From Thermoanaerobaculia bacterium (lineage in GTDB: Bacteria; Acidobacteriota; Thermoanaerobaculia; Multivoradales; UBA5704): a stretch of 60,622 nt of DNA. The notes beneath the pieces were generated by a model that made no database searches, had not been told where the DNA came from, and saw nothing but the letters and a program-made list of their open reading frames with translations. Positions 44,042-53,823 of the stretch are shown here, piece after piece; position 1 is the first letter of the stretch, and every line of letters starts with the position of its first letter. Made by a program: the position numbers and the translations under genes. Location of the stretch: NCBI GenBank assembly GCA_035308185.1, contig DATGHG010000186.1, positions 1 through 60,622 on the forward strand, in the 5' to 3' direction.

Positions 44042-45331
44042 TCAACGGTCGAAGCCGAGCTGATCGAGCGGGATGCGACTTTCCGCCTCGGCGGCGAACG
44101 GGTCGTCGGCAAGACCGCGGGCCTGCCGCAGCAGCGCGGCATGGGCGATCATCGCGGCGTTGTCGCCGGCGTAAGCCAGCGGCACCAGGCGCAGCTCGCG
44201 GCCGTGGCCGGCGCTCCACACCGGCAGCGCGCGCCGCAGCAGCCGGTTGGCGGCGGCCCCGCCCGACACCGCCAGCAGCGCGCCGCCTGCCGGGGCGCCG
44301 CCCTCGCCGGCGGACCGCCCCGGATCGGGCCGGTCCAGGCGGCCGAGGCGGTCGAGCCGGTCCAAGCGGTCGAGGCGGTCCAGCACCTGGGCGACGGCGG
44401 CGGCGCGAAAGGCGGCGAGGAGGTCCAGCACCGGCTGCGGTAAGTTGCCGGGCGCCACGTCTCCCGTCTGCCGCCCTCCCGCCACGTCTCCCGTCTGCTC
44501 TCCCACCTGCCCTGCCGCCGGCCTTTCCGCCGGCCCTTCCGCCGATCCACCGGCCGGCCTTCCGGCACCAGACCCCGGGCCGCCGCCTGCCGCGGTTCCG
44601 CCGTCCAGGGGACCGAGCCGGCGCTCGAGCCGCTCGATCTCGGTCAGGGCCTGGCTCTTCAGGCCGGAGAAGGAGAAGTCGAGAGTCTCGCCGCAGGCCG
44701 GCACCGGCAGCCGGTAGGCCGAGGGATCGCCGCGCTCGGCCAGCTCGTCGACCCGCGGACCCTGCGGGTAGGGCAATCCGATGCGCTTGCCGACCTTGTC
44801 GAAGACCTCGCCGAAAGCGTCGTCGCGGGTTTCGCCCAGAGTCTCGATGCGGCCGTCCCGGACCGCGAAGAGACTGCTGTGGCCGCCGGAGAGCACCAGT
44901 CCATGGAAGCGCGGCGGTGGCGCGGCAGCGGGCAGCGCCGCGGCGCCCGTCCCCGGATGGAGAAAGGGCGAGTAGAGATGGCCCTCGAGATGATGCACGG
45001 CGTGAAAGGGGCGCCCGAGCGCGTACGCGAGCGCCTTGCCCAGGGTCAGGCCCACCAGCAGCGCTCCCACCAGGCCCGGCCCGCGGGTCGCGGCCACGAC
45101 GTCCAGCTCGGCGGCGACGATCCCGGCCCCCGCCAGCGCCTCCGCGCTCACCGGCAGCCAGTTCGCGAGGTGCTCCCGCGACGCGATCTCCGGCACCACG
45201 CCGCCGTAGGGACGGTGAACGGCGAGCTGGCTCGAGACCACCGACGACAGGACCCGCCCCTCGCCGTCCAGGACGGCGCAGGCGGTGTCGTCACACGAAG
45301 TCTCGATGCCGAGGACCAGCGGCCGCGCCAT
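44042..45331 (-). CDS. tsaD: tRNA N6-adenosine threonylcarbamoyltransferase TsaD, carrying low-complexity insertions
   Basis: GIETSCDDTACAV, AVHHLEGHLYSP, FSFSGLK and VSGGAAAN. It is 429 aa versus about 340 aa for a typical TsaD. Confidence 0.9.
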   Translation of the reverse strand: MARPLVLGIETSCDDTACAVLDGEGRVLSSVVSSQLAVHRPYGGVVPEIASREHLANWLPVSAEALAGAGIVAAELDVVAATRGPGLVGALLVGLTLGKALAYALGRPFHAVHHLEGHLYSPFLHPGTGAAALPAAAPPPRFHGLVLSGGHSSLFAVRDGRIETLGETRDDAFGEVFDKVGKRIGLPYPQGPRVDELAERGDPSAYRLPVPACGETLDFSFSGLKSQALTEIERLERRLGPLDGGTAAGGGPGSGAGRPAGGSAEGPAERPAAGQVGEQTGDVAGGRQTGDVAPGNLPQPVLDLLAAFRAAAVAQVLDRLDRLDRLDRLGRLDRPDPGRSAGEGGAPAGGALLAVSGGAAANRLLRRALPVWSAGHGRELRLVPLAYAGDNAAMIAHAALLRQARGLADDPFAAEAESRIPLDQLGFDR

Positions 45332-45375
45332 CGTCCGAGTCTACGCGACAGGTGGCGGCGGCGGTGATCGGATCC

Positions 45376-45765
45376 CTACCCGCCGCTGGCGCCGGGGGCG
45401 GCGGCCGGCGGCGCCTCGGCGGGGGGCGCCTCCGCTGCCGGCTGACCCTCGGCCTCCGGCGCCCTGGGGATCTCGATCGGCTCGTAGACCGGGATCTCGA
45501 AGCTCAGGGTCTCGTGGCAGAAGCGCTTCCACTCGTCGGTGACGTTCTCGAAGATGACGTTCTCGTCCTTGTAGATGCCGTCGGTGACGATGTAGCTGTC
45601 GTGCAGATAGAGGATCGAGTCGTCGTCGAGCTGGCGCTCGACCTCGACCTCCTTACCGCCGACCTCCTGCTTGTCCTTGCGGACGTTGGCCGCGTTCTCG
45701 CTCCAGTCGGGATACTTCCGGAAGTTCCTGGCTTCGTAGGCAGCGCAGTAGTTCGACATTTCCAT
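45376..45765 (-). CDS. Conserved hypothetical protein
   Basis: The RBS is GAGGAGA. MEMSNYCAAYEARNFRKYPDWSENA...ILYLHDSYIVTDGIYKDENVIFENVTDEWKRFCHETLSFEIP has balanced composition. Confidence 0.7.
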   Translation of the reverse strand: MEMSNYCAAYEARNFRKYPDWSENAANVRKDKQEVGGKEVEVERQLDDDSILYLHDSYIVTDGIYKDENVIFENVTDEWKRFCHETLSFEIPVYEPIEIPRAPEAEGQPAAEAPPAEAPPAAAPGASGG

Positions 45766-45968
45766 GATCGTTTCTCCTCGCTCGGGTCGCCCCATCATCC
45801 CCCAGCCTGGCGGCTCGACGCCACCCGCCGCCGGCGGCGCCGCGCCACGGCGACTCGGCAAACACCGCAGGGCTGGAGCACCCGCTACAGACAAGTGCCG
45901 GCGCGGGTCCGGGGAGGGACAGCGCCTGATAGAGTAACGGGCCGCCGGTCCGGGAGGGAGCCACGTCG

Positions 45969-47171
45969 ATGACCGACCTGCTGACGCTTGCCGACCTCGG
46001 CCTCGACCAGCTCGCGGGCCAGCGCGTGTTCGTGCGCGTCGACTTCAACGTGCCGCTGTCGGCGGCGGGCGAGGTGCTCGACGCGACCCGGCTGGAGGAG
46101 TCGCTGCCGACCCTGCGCGAGCTGGCGGCTGCCGGCGGCCGCCTGGTCCTGGCCTCGCATTGCGGACGGCCGAAGGGCGCGCCCGAGCCGCGCTACAGCC
46201 TGCGGCCGGCGGCGCTGGCGCTGGCCCGGCTGCTGGGCGAGGAGGTCGGGTTTGCCGCCGACTGCGTCGGCGAGCCGGCCGTGACGGCGGTGGCGGCGCT
46301 GGCTCCGGGGCGGGTGCTGCTGCTCGAGAACCTGCGCTTCCACGCCGGCGAGACCGCCAACGATCCCGCTTTCGCCGCCCAGCTCGCCGCCCTTGCCGAC
46401 GCCTACGTCGACGACGCCTTCGGCAGCGCCCATCGCGCCCACGCCTCGGTGGTGGGGATCGCCGAGCGGCTGCCGCGCAAGGCCGCCGGACGGCTGATGG
46501 AAAGAGAGGTGGCGGGCCTCGGCAGGCTGCTCGGCGAGCCCGAGCGCCCCTTCGCCGCGCTGCTCGGCGGCGCCAAGATCGAGGGCAAGATCGACACGCT
46601 GGCGAACCTGCTCCCCCGCCTCGACCTGCTGCTGGTGGGAGGAGGCATGGCCAATACCTTCCTGGCCGCCCAGGGTCACGACCTGGCGGCCTCGCTGGTG
46701 GAGCCGGACCGGCTGCAACTGGCGCGCGAGATCCTCGCACGGGCGCGCGCCGGCGGCGTCGCGGTCGAGCTGCCGGTCGATCTGGTGGTGACCGACGACC
46801 TGGCGGCGCCGGGGCGCATCGAGACGGTGCCGGCGGAGCGGGTGCCGCCGGCGATGAAGGCGGTGGACATCGGGCCCGAGAGCCGGCGACGCTTCGCGGC
46901 GGCGATCGCCGGGGCGCGCACGCTGTTCTGGAACGGTCCGCTGGGTGTCTTCGAGCGGCCGCCCTTCGATGCCGGGACGCGGGAGGTGGCGCAGGCGCTC
47001 GCCGCCTGCCGCGGCTTCTCGGTGATCGGCGGCGGCGAGACCGTGGCCGCGGCCCGCCAGGCGGGAGTCCTCGATCGCATCGGGCACGTCTCGACCGGCG
47101 GCGGCGCCTCGCTGGAGTTCCTGGCCGGCAAGGAGCTGCCCGGAGTGGCGGTGCTGGAGCGGCGGCCATGA
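45969..47171 (+). CDS. pgk: Phosphoglycerate kinase
   Basis: VRVDFNVPL, ASHCGRPKG and GGGMANTFL. 400 aa. Confidence 0.95.
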   Translation: MTDLLTLADLGLDQLAGQRVFVRVDFNVPLSAAGEVLDATRLEESLPTLRELAAAGGRLVLASHCGRPKGAPEPRYSLRPAALALARLLGEEVGFAADCVGEPAVTAVAALAPGRVLLLENLRFHAGETANDPAFAAQLAALADAYVDDAFGSAHRAHASVVGIAERLPRKAAGRLMEREVAGLGRLLGEPERPFAALLGGAKIEGKIDTLANLLPRLDLLLVGGGMANTFLAAQGHDLAASLVEPDRLQLAREILARARAGGVAVELPVDLVVTDDLAAPGRIETVPAERVPPAMKAVDIGPESRRRFAAAIAGARTLFWNGPLGVFERPPFDAGTREVAQALAACRGFSVIGGGETVAAARQAGVLDRIGHVSTGGGASLEFLAGKELPGVAVLERRP

Positions 47172-48064
47172 GCGGCGGCGCCGGTCGTGGGGGCGGCGCG
47201 GGTGGCGGCGGGGGGCGCCGGCGGATCGTCGCCGGCAACTGGAAGATGCATCTGCTGAGCGCCGAAGCGGCAAGGTTCTGCAACGAGCTGCGCCGCGGCC
47301 TGGACGAGCGCCCGGCGCGGCCGGTTCCGCTTGCGCCCGCCGCCCCGCCCGTGGCCGCCGCGCCCCTTGCGCCCGTCGAGGTCACCGCGTTCGTTGCGGA
47401 TGGCGCGGTGGCTCCGGTCCCCGAGGTGGTCCTGTTCCCGTCCTTCCCGCTGCTGGCGGCGGTGGCGCGCGAGCTGGCGGGCAGCGCGGTGACGGTGGGG
47501 GCGCAGGATCTTCATCCCGCCGATCGCGGGGCGCACACCGGCGACGTCTCGGGGCCGCAGCTGGTCGACGCCGGCTGCCGCTGGGCGCTCTGTGGCCACA
47601 GCGAGCGGCGCCGCGACCACGGCGAGAGCGACGAGCTGGTCGGCCTCAAGGTGGCGGCGGCGGCGCGGCACGGTCTCACGCCGCTGCTGTGCGTGGGCGA
47701 GAGCCGCGAGCAGCGCGACGCCGGCGAGACCCTCGCCGTGCTGGAGCGGCAGCTGCGGAGTGGTCTCGCCGCGCATCCGGGGCCGCCGGTGGCCCTGGTC
47801 ATCGCCTACGAGCCGGTATGGGCCATCGGCACCGGCCTGACCGCCAGCCCCGAGACGGCGCAGGAGGTTCACCGGTTCCTGCGCGCGGCGGCGTCCGGTG
47901 CCGCCGGCGACGATGCGGCGGCGGTCACCCTGCTCTACGGCGGGTCGGTGACTCCGGGCAACGCGGCCGGGCTGATCGCGCAGCCGGACGTGGACGGATT
48001 CCTGGTCGGGGGGGCGAGCCTTGACCCGCGGCAGTTCCTTGCTATCATAGCGTGCTCCGGTTGA
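47168..48064 (+). CDS. tpiA: Triosephosphate isomerase (with a Gly-rich N-terminus and a Pro/Ala-rich insertion)
   Basis: AGNWKMH, CGHSERR, AYEPVWAIGTG and YGGSV. ATGA overlap with the pgk stop. Confidence 0.9.
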   Translation: MSGGAGRGGGAGGGGGRRRIVAGNWKMHLLSAEAARFCNELRRGLDERPARPVPLAPAAPPVAAAPLAPVEVTAFVADGAVAPVPEVVLFPSFPLLAAVARELAGSAVTVGAQDLHPADRGAHTGDVSGPQLVDAGCRWALCGHSERRRDHGESDELVGLKVAAAARHGLTPLLCVGESREQRDAGETLAVLERQLRSGLAAHPGPPVALVIAYEPVWAIGTGLTASPETAQEVHRFLRAAASGAAGDDAAAVTLLYGGSVTPGNAAGLIAQPDVDGFLVGGASLDPRQFLAIIACSG

Positions 48065-48176
48065 CCGGCCCTCCCCTTCGATCCAGCGGCGCGAGACGGC
48101 TGCACACGACCATCGGTGGGATGCGGGGGGTTGCAGGTCCCGCAACGCGCGTTTCTCCCTGTGGAGGCCTCGATCC

Positions 48177-48617
48177 GTGATCTATCTGCTGTACACGTTG
48201 CACGTGATGGTCTGCATCTTCCTGATCCTGGTCGTCCTGCTGCAGCAGGGCAAGGGCGCGGATCTCTCGGTCTTCGGCGGCGGCAGCACCCAGACCGCCT
48301 TCGGCTCCCGCGGGGCGACGACCTTCCTGCACAAGCTGACCGTGACCTCGTTCATCATCTTCGTGATCACCACCGTCGTGATCGGCCTGCCGCGGTTCGG
48401 TGGCAACTCCTCGGTGATGCGCGACACCGGCGCCGCCACCGGCAAGCCGACGGCCGCCCCGGCGAGGCCTGTCTCCCCGGCTCCCACCGGTGGCCCCAAG
48501 GCCGCGCCGCTGGCGCCATCGCCGACGGCTCCCGCGCCGACCCCGCCCCCGGCGGCCTCCAAGGCGCCGGCGTCGCAGCCGGCGCCGGCCGCGCCGCCGC
48601 CCGGCACGCCTCGGTAG
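48177..48617 (+). CDS. secG: Preprotein translocase subunit SecG with a Pro/Ala-rich C-terminal extension
   Basis: GTG start after [38 protein letters not shown]. Confidence 0.85.
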   Translation: MIYLLYTLHVMVCIFLILVVLLQQGKGADLSVFGGGSTQTAFGSRGATTFLHKLTVTSFIIFVITTVVIGLPRFGGNSSVMRDTGAATGKPTAAPARPVSPAPTGGPKAAPLAPSPTAPAPTPPPAASKAPASQPAPAAPPPGTPR

Positions 48618-48697
48618 TGGCGCCCCGGCGACCGGCGACCGACGAGAATCGTCCGACCGACCCGGAGGTGGGGCGGTCCTGCTAGAATGCTCACCGC

Positions 48698-48782
<85 letters not shown>

Positions 48783-48824
48783 TCCCTCCGGATCGCCAGA
48801 TCCGCCTGTACCCGCTTGACGGCC

Positions 48825-49742
48825 TCACCGCGCGAGCGGCCGCCGGCTCACGCCTGAGCCGGATCCGGGAAGTCCATCCAGGAATTCGCGCACGGCGTCG
48901 TTGAAGGCCTCCGGCCGTTCGAGGTTCGAGAGGTGTCCGGCGCCGGCGATGGTCACCAGGCGGGCGCCCGGGATGCGCTCGCTCATCGCGGCGCTGACCG
49001 CCGGCGGCGTGATCTCGTCCTCCTCGCCGACGACGATCAAGGTGGGGACGGCGATCCGCGCCAGCAGCGACGTCCGGTCGGGACGCGCCGCCATGCCGCG
49101 CTGGGCGGCGGCGACGCCGGCCGCGGATGCCCCCTCGATCTCCCGCCGCAGCCAGGCCACCAGCTCGGCGCTCGACGCCAGGGTGCCAGGTGGGACCAGC
49201 TTGGGGATCAGGGCGTCCGCCAGCTGCGCCAGACCGCGGCTCTCGACCGCTGCCGCCGACTCGAGCCGCCGCTGCCGCCCGGCCTCGTCGTCGGCGCCGG
49301 CGCGGGTGTCGGCCAGCACCAGGCCGCGCACCCGCTCGGGGTGGCGCTCGTAGAGCGCCAGCGCGACGTAACCGCCCATCGACAGCCCGCACACCACCGC
49401 GGCCGCGATACCGAGCGCGTCGAGCAGCCCGACCGTCGCGGCCGCCATGTCCTCCATCCCGCAGACCGCCGCCGGCCCGCCGCCGGCCGGGCCGCGTTCC
49501 CCTTCCCCGGCGGCCGCGGCCGCCGGCCAGGGCGGCGTGGCGCCGAAACCCGGCAGGTCCGGTGCCAGCAGCCGGCAACCGCGGACCAGGCCGGCGAGCT
49601 GTGGGCGCCACATCCGCCGCGACAGCGGAAAGCCGTGCAGCAGCAGCAACGGCAGGCCGTCGCCGACATCGTCCAGCGCCAGCCCGCCGAGCGGCTGCAC
49701 GGCCGGCGGCCCGGACGGCGAAGGATCCGGCGCCGCGGTCAC
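48825..49742 (-). CDS. Alpha/beta-fold hydrolase
   Basis: LLLLHGFPLSRRMW, the nucleophile elbow GLSMGGY, and a C-terminal GAGHL. Confidence 0.85.
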   Translation of the reverse strand: MTAAPDPSPSGPPAVQPLGGLALDDVGDGLPLLLLHGFPLSRRMWRPQLAGLVRGCRLLAPDLPGFGATPPWPAAAAAGEGERGPAGGGPAAVCGMEDMAAATVGLLDALGIAAAVVCGLSMGGYVALALYERHPERVRGLVLADTRAGADDEAGRQRRLESAAAVESRGLAQLADALIPKLVPPGTLASSAELVAWLRREIEGASAAGVAAAQRGMAARPDRTSLLARIAVPTLIVVGEEDEITPPAVSAAMSERIPGARLVTIAGAGHLSNLERPEAFNDAVREFLDGLPGSGSGVSRRPLAR

Positions 49743-49745
49743 CGC

Positions 49746-50297
49746 TTACGGCGTGACCGACGCCTTGCGGATCGACACCGCCGCGACCGGCTTGTCACCA
49801 GGCTGGCTGGTCGGCACCGCGGCGATGGCGTCGACCACGTCCATGCCCTGGACGACCTGGCCGAACGCGGTGTAGCCCCAGCGCTGCGGCGAGCTCGAAT
49901 AGTCGAGCCGCGAATTGTCCACCACGCTGATGAAGAACTGGGCGGTGGCGCTGTTGGGATCGCCGGTGCGTGCCATGGCGATGGTGCCGCGGGCGTTCGA
50001 CAACCCGAGATTGGATTCGTTGTCGATCGGCGGCCGCGTCGGCTTCTCCGCGCCGCTGGCGTCGTAGCCGCCGCCCTGGATCATGAAGCCGGCGATGACG
50101 CGATGGAAGATCGTGCCGTCGTAGTGGCCCGCCTTGACGTACTTGAGGAAGTTGTCGACCGTCTTCGGCGCCTTCTCCGGGTACAGCTCGATCACGATCT
50201 TGCCCTTGGTGGTATCGAGCGTGACCTTGGGGTGCGGCTTGGCCGCCGGCGCGACGGCCGCCAGCAGGGCGACGACAAGAGCTAAGCTTCCGACCAT
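49746..50297 (-). CDS. Cyclophilin-type peptidyl-prolyl isomerase, secreted
   Basis: FHRVIAGFMIQGGG and GTIAMARTGDPNSATAQFFI. The RBS is AAGGAGGA. The track ORF N-terminus is shadow sequence. Confidence 0.95.
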   Translation of the reverse strand: MVGSLALVVALLAAVAPAAKPHPKVTLDTTKGKIVIELYPEKAPKTVDNFLKYVKAGHYDGTIFHRVIAGFMIQGGGYDASGAEKPTRPPIDNESNLGLSNARGTIAMARTGDPNSATAQFFISVVDNSRLDYSSSPQRWGYTAFGQVVQGMDVVDAIAAVPTSQPGDKPVAAVSIRKASVTP

Positions 50298-50379
50298 GGG
50301 GGTTCCTCCTTTGCCAGCGCAACCGGGCGGGGATGCTACCACGCCCGCCACGCCCGCCGCCCCCGCCGCCCCCGCCGCG

Positions 50380-51045
50380 GTGGGCGTGGTGCTCGCGGGC
50401 GGCGCCTCGCGTCGCATGGGTCGGGACAAGGCGATCCTGAGCGCCGGCGGCGAGACCCTGCCGGCCCGAGCGGCGCGCCGGTTGCTCGGCGTCTGCGCGC
50501 GGGTGGTGATCGCCGACGGCGGCCGCGGTCTGCTGCCGGACCTGCAATCGCTGCCGGACGGACCCGGGGCGGGACCGGCGGCCGGCATCCTGGGCGCCGC
50601 GCGCGCCTGGCCCGGGCAGCCGCTGCTGGTGCTGGCATGCGACCTGCCGCGCGTGCCGGCGGCGCTGCTCGCGGAGCTGGCAGGCGGGTCCGGGTTACAA
50701 GCCGAGGCCGACTGGGTGGTGCCGCGCTGGGAGCGCGGGCTCGAGCCGCTGTGCGCGCTCTACCGGCCGGCGGCGCTCGCCGCCCTGGCGGCAGCCGTCG
50801 CGCGCGGCGTCACGGCGCCACACCGCCTCGCCGAGGGCGCCGCGCTCGCGGTGCACTATCTGGAAGGCGAGCGCCTGCGCCGCTTCGGGCCGCCCGCCGA
50901 GCTGTTCCTGAACCTGAATACGGAGAGCGATCTGGCGCTCTGGCTGGGACTCGAAGCGCTTCAGCCGCCGTCGACGACCGTCTTCACCCCGCCCTCGGCG
51001 CAGATCGGGCAGGGGCAGACCTGGCGCAAGAAGTCGAAGCGGTAG
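50380..51045 (+). CDS. mobA: Molybdenum cofactor guanylyltransferase
   Basis: VGVVLAGGASRRMGRDKA, PGAGPAAGI and LVLACDLP. GTG start is inferred. The 3' end overlaps the convergent DUF971 gene by 85 nt. Confidence 0.75.
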   Translation: MGVVLAGGASRRMGRDKAILSAGGETLPARAARRLLGVCARVVIADGGRGLLPDLQSLPDGPGAGPAAGILGAARAWPGQPLLVLACDLPRVPAALLAELAGGSGLQAEADWVVPRWERGLEPLCALYRPAALAALAAAVARGVTAPHRLAEGAALAVHYLEGERLRRFGPPAELFLNLNTESDLALWLGLEALQPPSTTVFTPPSAQIGQGQTWRKKSKR

Positions 51046-51299
51046 ATGCCGGTCGAGTGGCCGTCCGACCAGCCGATGGAGATCGCATAGTTGCCCACCG
51101 GCTGGATCGCGTCGGCGGCCACCGGCCCGGCGGCCGGCTGGAAGCGGATGGCCAGGCCGGTGTGCCCCTGGCAGCCGGCGCACGGACACCAGCCGCGCAG
51201 ATAGTCGTAGTCGTACTCGGCGGAGTGACCGTCGCTCCAGGTGAGGCGCAGTCGCCGCTCCTGGGGCAGCCGGCGCACCTCGGTCAGCAGGAAATCCAT
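50961..51299 (-). CDS. DUF971-family protein (gamma-butyrobetaine hydroxylase N-terminal-like)
   Basis: LRLTWSDGHSAEYDYDYLRGWCPCAGC...ISIGWSDGHSTGIYRFDFLRQVCPCPIC. 112 aa. It starts 2 nt after the GGDEF gene stop. Confidence 0.8.
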   Translation of the reverse strand: MDFLLTEVRRLPQERRLRLTWSDGHSAEYDYDYLRGWCPCAGCQGHTGLAIRFQPAAGPVAADAIQPVGNYAISIGWSDGHSTGIYRFDFLRQVCPCPICAEGGVKTVVDGG

Positions 51300-51301
51300 C
51301 G

Positions 51302-53626
51302 CTACGCCACCAGCGGATAGACCCGGTTGCGCCCCTTGTTCTTGGCTTCGTAGAGCGAGCGGTCGGCGGCCGCGATGAGGTCGCGGGCGGTGAGGCGCTC
51401 GTCGCGGCGATGGCCGTCCCGCAGCGAGGCGAGACCGATCGAGATGGTGACCTGCGCCAAGCTGCCGTCCGCCATCGGCACCGACGCCGTTTGCACCTGC
51501 GAGCGGATTTTCTCGGCGACGCTGGCGGCGCCGGCGATGTCGGTCTCGGGCAGCACCACCAGGAACTCCTCGCCGCCGTAGCGGCCGATCCAGTCGGTCG
51601 AGCGCAGCCCATCGGAAGCCGCCTGCGCGATCGCCTTGAGCAGGGTGTCGCCGGCCAGGTGTCCGTGGCGGTCGTTGACTTCCTTGAAGTAGTCGAGATC
51701 GGCCATCGCCAGGGTGAGCGGCCGGCCGTACCGCTGGGCACGCTCGAGCTCGCGGTCGAGCTGCTCGAGGATCGCCTCGCGCCGCAGCAAACCGGTCAGG
51801 CTCTCGTAGGTGGCGGACTCGAAGAGGCGGGCGTTCTCGAACACGCTGGCGACGTGGTGGGCCAATAGGGTGAGCAGGTCCTGCTCCTCGGACGGGTAAG
51901 GCTGGCCGTCGTGTTTGGCGCCGACCACCAGCGCCCCGATGAGGCGCTGCTGATTGAGCAGCGGCACCCCCAGCCCCGGCCCGTCGAGGCCGCGCAGCCG
52001 GTGGGCGAGCAGGCTGCTGCGTGCCGCGAGCAGCTGCGTCGCGACCGGCCGTGAAGCACGTTGCAGCAGCTCGATGCCGGGGTCGTCGAGCGCCACCAGC
52101 AGCGACCGCTCGGCATCCTGCCAGCCGTCGCCGGTGGCCGCCAGCACCTTCAGCAGACCGCTCTCGGGATTGGCGATGAGCAGCACCGCCGAGCGCGACT
52201 GGAAGATCGCGGTGAGCCGCGCCACCAGATGGCGGCCCATGCGCGGCAGCTTGCCCAGCGCCGGCAGCTCGCCGGCCAGGGCGATCAACCGCCGCCGCAG
52301 CTCGTCGCGCTCGGGAAAGAAGCGCCGGTCGATGAGACGGTGGGTGAGCCGCCGCAGCGGCGCGAAGAGCAGGCCGAGCAGCAGCATGGCGATGCCCACC
52401 CGCCAGGGGGACTGGCGGCCGGCCGCCGCGCCGGCCACCGCCGGCGGGAACAGCAGCCAGATGGCGCCCAGGGCGCCGTAGAACACCAGCACCAGCGCGC
52501 CGCTCAGGGTGGTGTAGATGAGGCCGCGACGCACCGCCAGCTCGATGTCGAAGAGGTGGAAGCGGAACACCGCGGCGAACAGCGCCACCGGGAAGCAGAG
52601 CAGGACCAGGGTCTGCACGGCGGCGAACCAGCTCGGGAGCGGATGGCCGATGAAGGTCAGGATCGAGGCATACAGGGTGAACAGGAACCAGGCCACGGTC
52701 GCCGACAGCACCAGCCCCGCCTGGTGGCGGCCGCGCGGCTCCGGGTGGCGCAGCGCCTGGCTGGCCAGCAGGAGCGAGACCGCCAGCGCCCAGAACGGCA
52801 GGCCGAACTCGTTGAACCAGGCATCCGCCTGGCCGCTGGTCCACGGCAGGGCATAGGCGCCGAGCCGCTCGTCGCTGAGGTAGGTGGCGCACCAGGCGAT
52901 GCCGGCGCAGAGCCCGGCCACGTAATAGACCGGCACCACCCAGGGGCGCCGCCGCAGCCAGGCCGGACGGTCGGGGATCAGCGAGGCGAGGTGCAGCTCG
53001 AGCCCGAACTCGGCGCAGGTGAGCAGGTAGAAGACACAGGTCGCCCAGGTGTTCACCCAGCTGTGCCCGATCACCGGCACGACGGTGTTGGGCAGCAGCA
53101 GCTCGATCGCCACCGCCATCGAGAACCCCAGCAACAGCCGAGTGCGCGGGTCGGTCAGGCTCTGGCTGAGCGCCAGCAGCGCGACCGCCAGGAAGCCGAG
53201 CGCGGTGACGGCGTTGAACAGGAAGGCGAAGAGCGGGAACGGCGTGCCCGGCCGTAGGGTGACGTCGAGGAGCCGGTCGCCGCGCACCAGCCGGAAGCGC
53301 ACCGGCCGGCCCGCCCGGAAGCGGCTGGCCGCGGCGCCGTAGGAGAGCTTGCCGTGCAGCGGGGCGCCGTCGACGCTGATGATCCGGTCGCCGGCGCGCA
53401 GGCCCGCGATGTCGGCGGGCCACCCGGGGGTCACGGCGTCGACGCGCCCGCCATCCGGCAGGTTGGTGAGGTCGTAGCCGATCCGGCGCCCGACGCTGCG
53501 CGAGCTCTCCAGGGCCTGCACGTAGAACAGCGCCAAGGCCACCAGCGCCAGGGCCAGCGCAAGCCCCCAGCGCAGCGGGCGGTCATCGGCGGCCATGGGT
53601 GCTTCGCGGCGGCCGTGGGCGATCAT
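51302..53626 (-). CDS. PDZ / multi-TM / GAF / GGDEF diguanylate cyclase
   Basis: The PDZ motif is VTPGWPADIAGLRAGDRIISVDG. It has about 10 TM helices and a GAF-like segment. The GGDEF active site is RYGGEEF, with an RSTD (RxxD) I-site 5 aa upstream. The start is at 53626 or 53596. Confidence 0.85.
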   Translation of the reverse strand: MIAHGRREAPMAADDRPLRWGLALALALVALALFYVQALESSRSVGRRIGYDLTNLPDGGRVDAVTPGWPADIAGLRAGDRIISVDGAPLHGKLSYGAAASRFRAGRPVRFRLVRGDRLLDVTLRPGTPFPLFAFLFNAVTALGFLAVALLALSQSLTDPRTRLLLGFSMAVAIELLLPNTVVPVIGHSWVNTWATCVFYLLTCAEFGLELHLASLIPDRPAWLRRRPWVVPVYYVAGLCAGIAWCATYLSDERLGAYALPWTSGQADAWFNEFGLPFWALAVSLLLASQALRHPEPRGRHQAGLVLSATVAWFLFTLYASILTFIGHPLPSWFAAVQTLVLLCFPVALFAAVFRFHLFDIELAVRRGLIYTTLSGALVLVFYGALGAIWLLFPPAVAGAAAGRQSPWRVGIAMLLLGLLFAPLRRLTHRLIDRRFFPERDELRRRLIALAGELPALGKLPRMGRHLVARLTAIFQSRSAVLLIANPESGLLKVLAATGDGWQDAERSLLVALDDPGIELLQRASRPVATQLLAARSSLLAHRLRGLDGPGLGVPLLNQQRLIGALVVGAKHDGQPYPSEEQDLLTLLAHHVASVFENARLFESATYESLTGLLRREAILEQLDRELERAQRYGRPLTLAMADLDYFKEVNDRHGHLAGDTLLKAIAQAASDGLRSTDWIGRYGGEEFLVVLPETDIAGAASVAEKIRSQVQTASVPMADGSLAQVTISIGLASLRDGHRRDERLTARDLIAAADRSLYEAKNKGRNRVYPLVA

Positions 53627-53823
53627 CGGCGCAATGGGTTCCCCTGAGGAAGTGAACGAGAAATTATACCCTATCCCGGTCTTTCTCTCGTATGCAAGGG
53701 GTGACGCCCTTATCGTTCTTACGTATTTTATACTCTGCATTTCATGGTGGGAAGGGGCCGTCCCCCTAAGGCGGAATCTCCGGGTATCCGGCGTGCCGCG
53801 GCCTGCCGCCGTCCTGGGGTACC

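Noticed and set aside
50961-51045. 85-nt convergent overlap of mobA and the DUF971 gene
   Set aside because: It most likely reflects the absence of an earlier stop in the mobA frame in GC-rich DNA. Nothing suggests a functional antisense arrangement.
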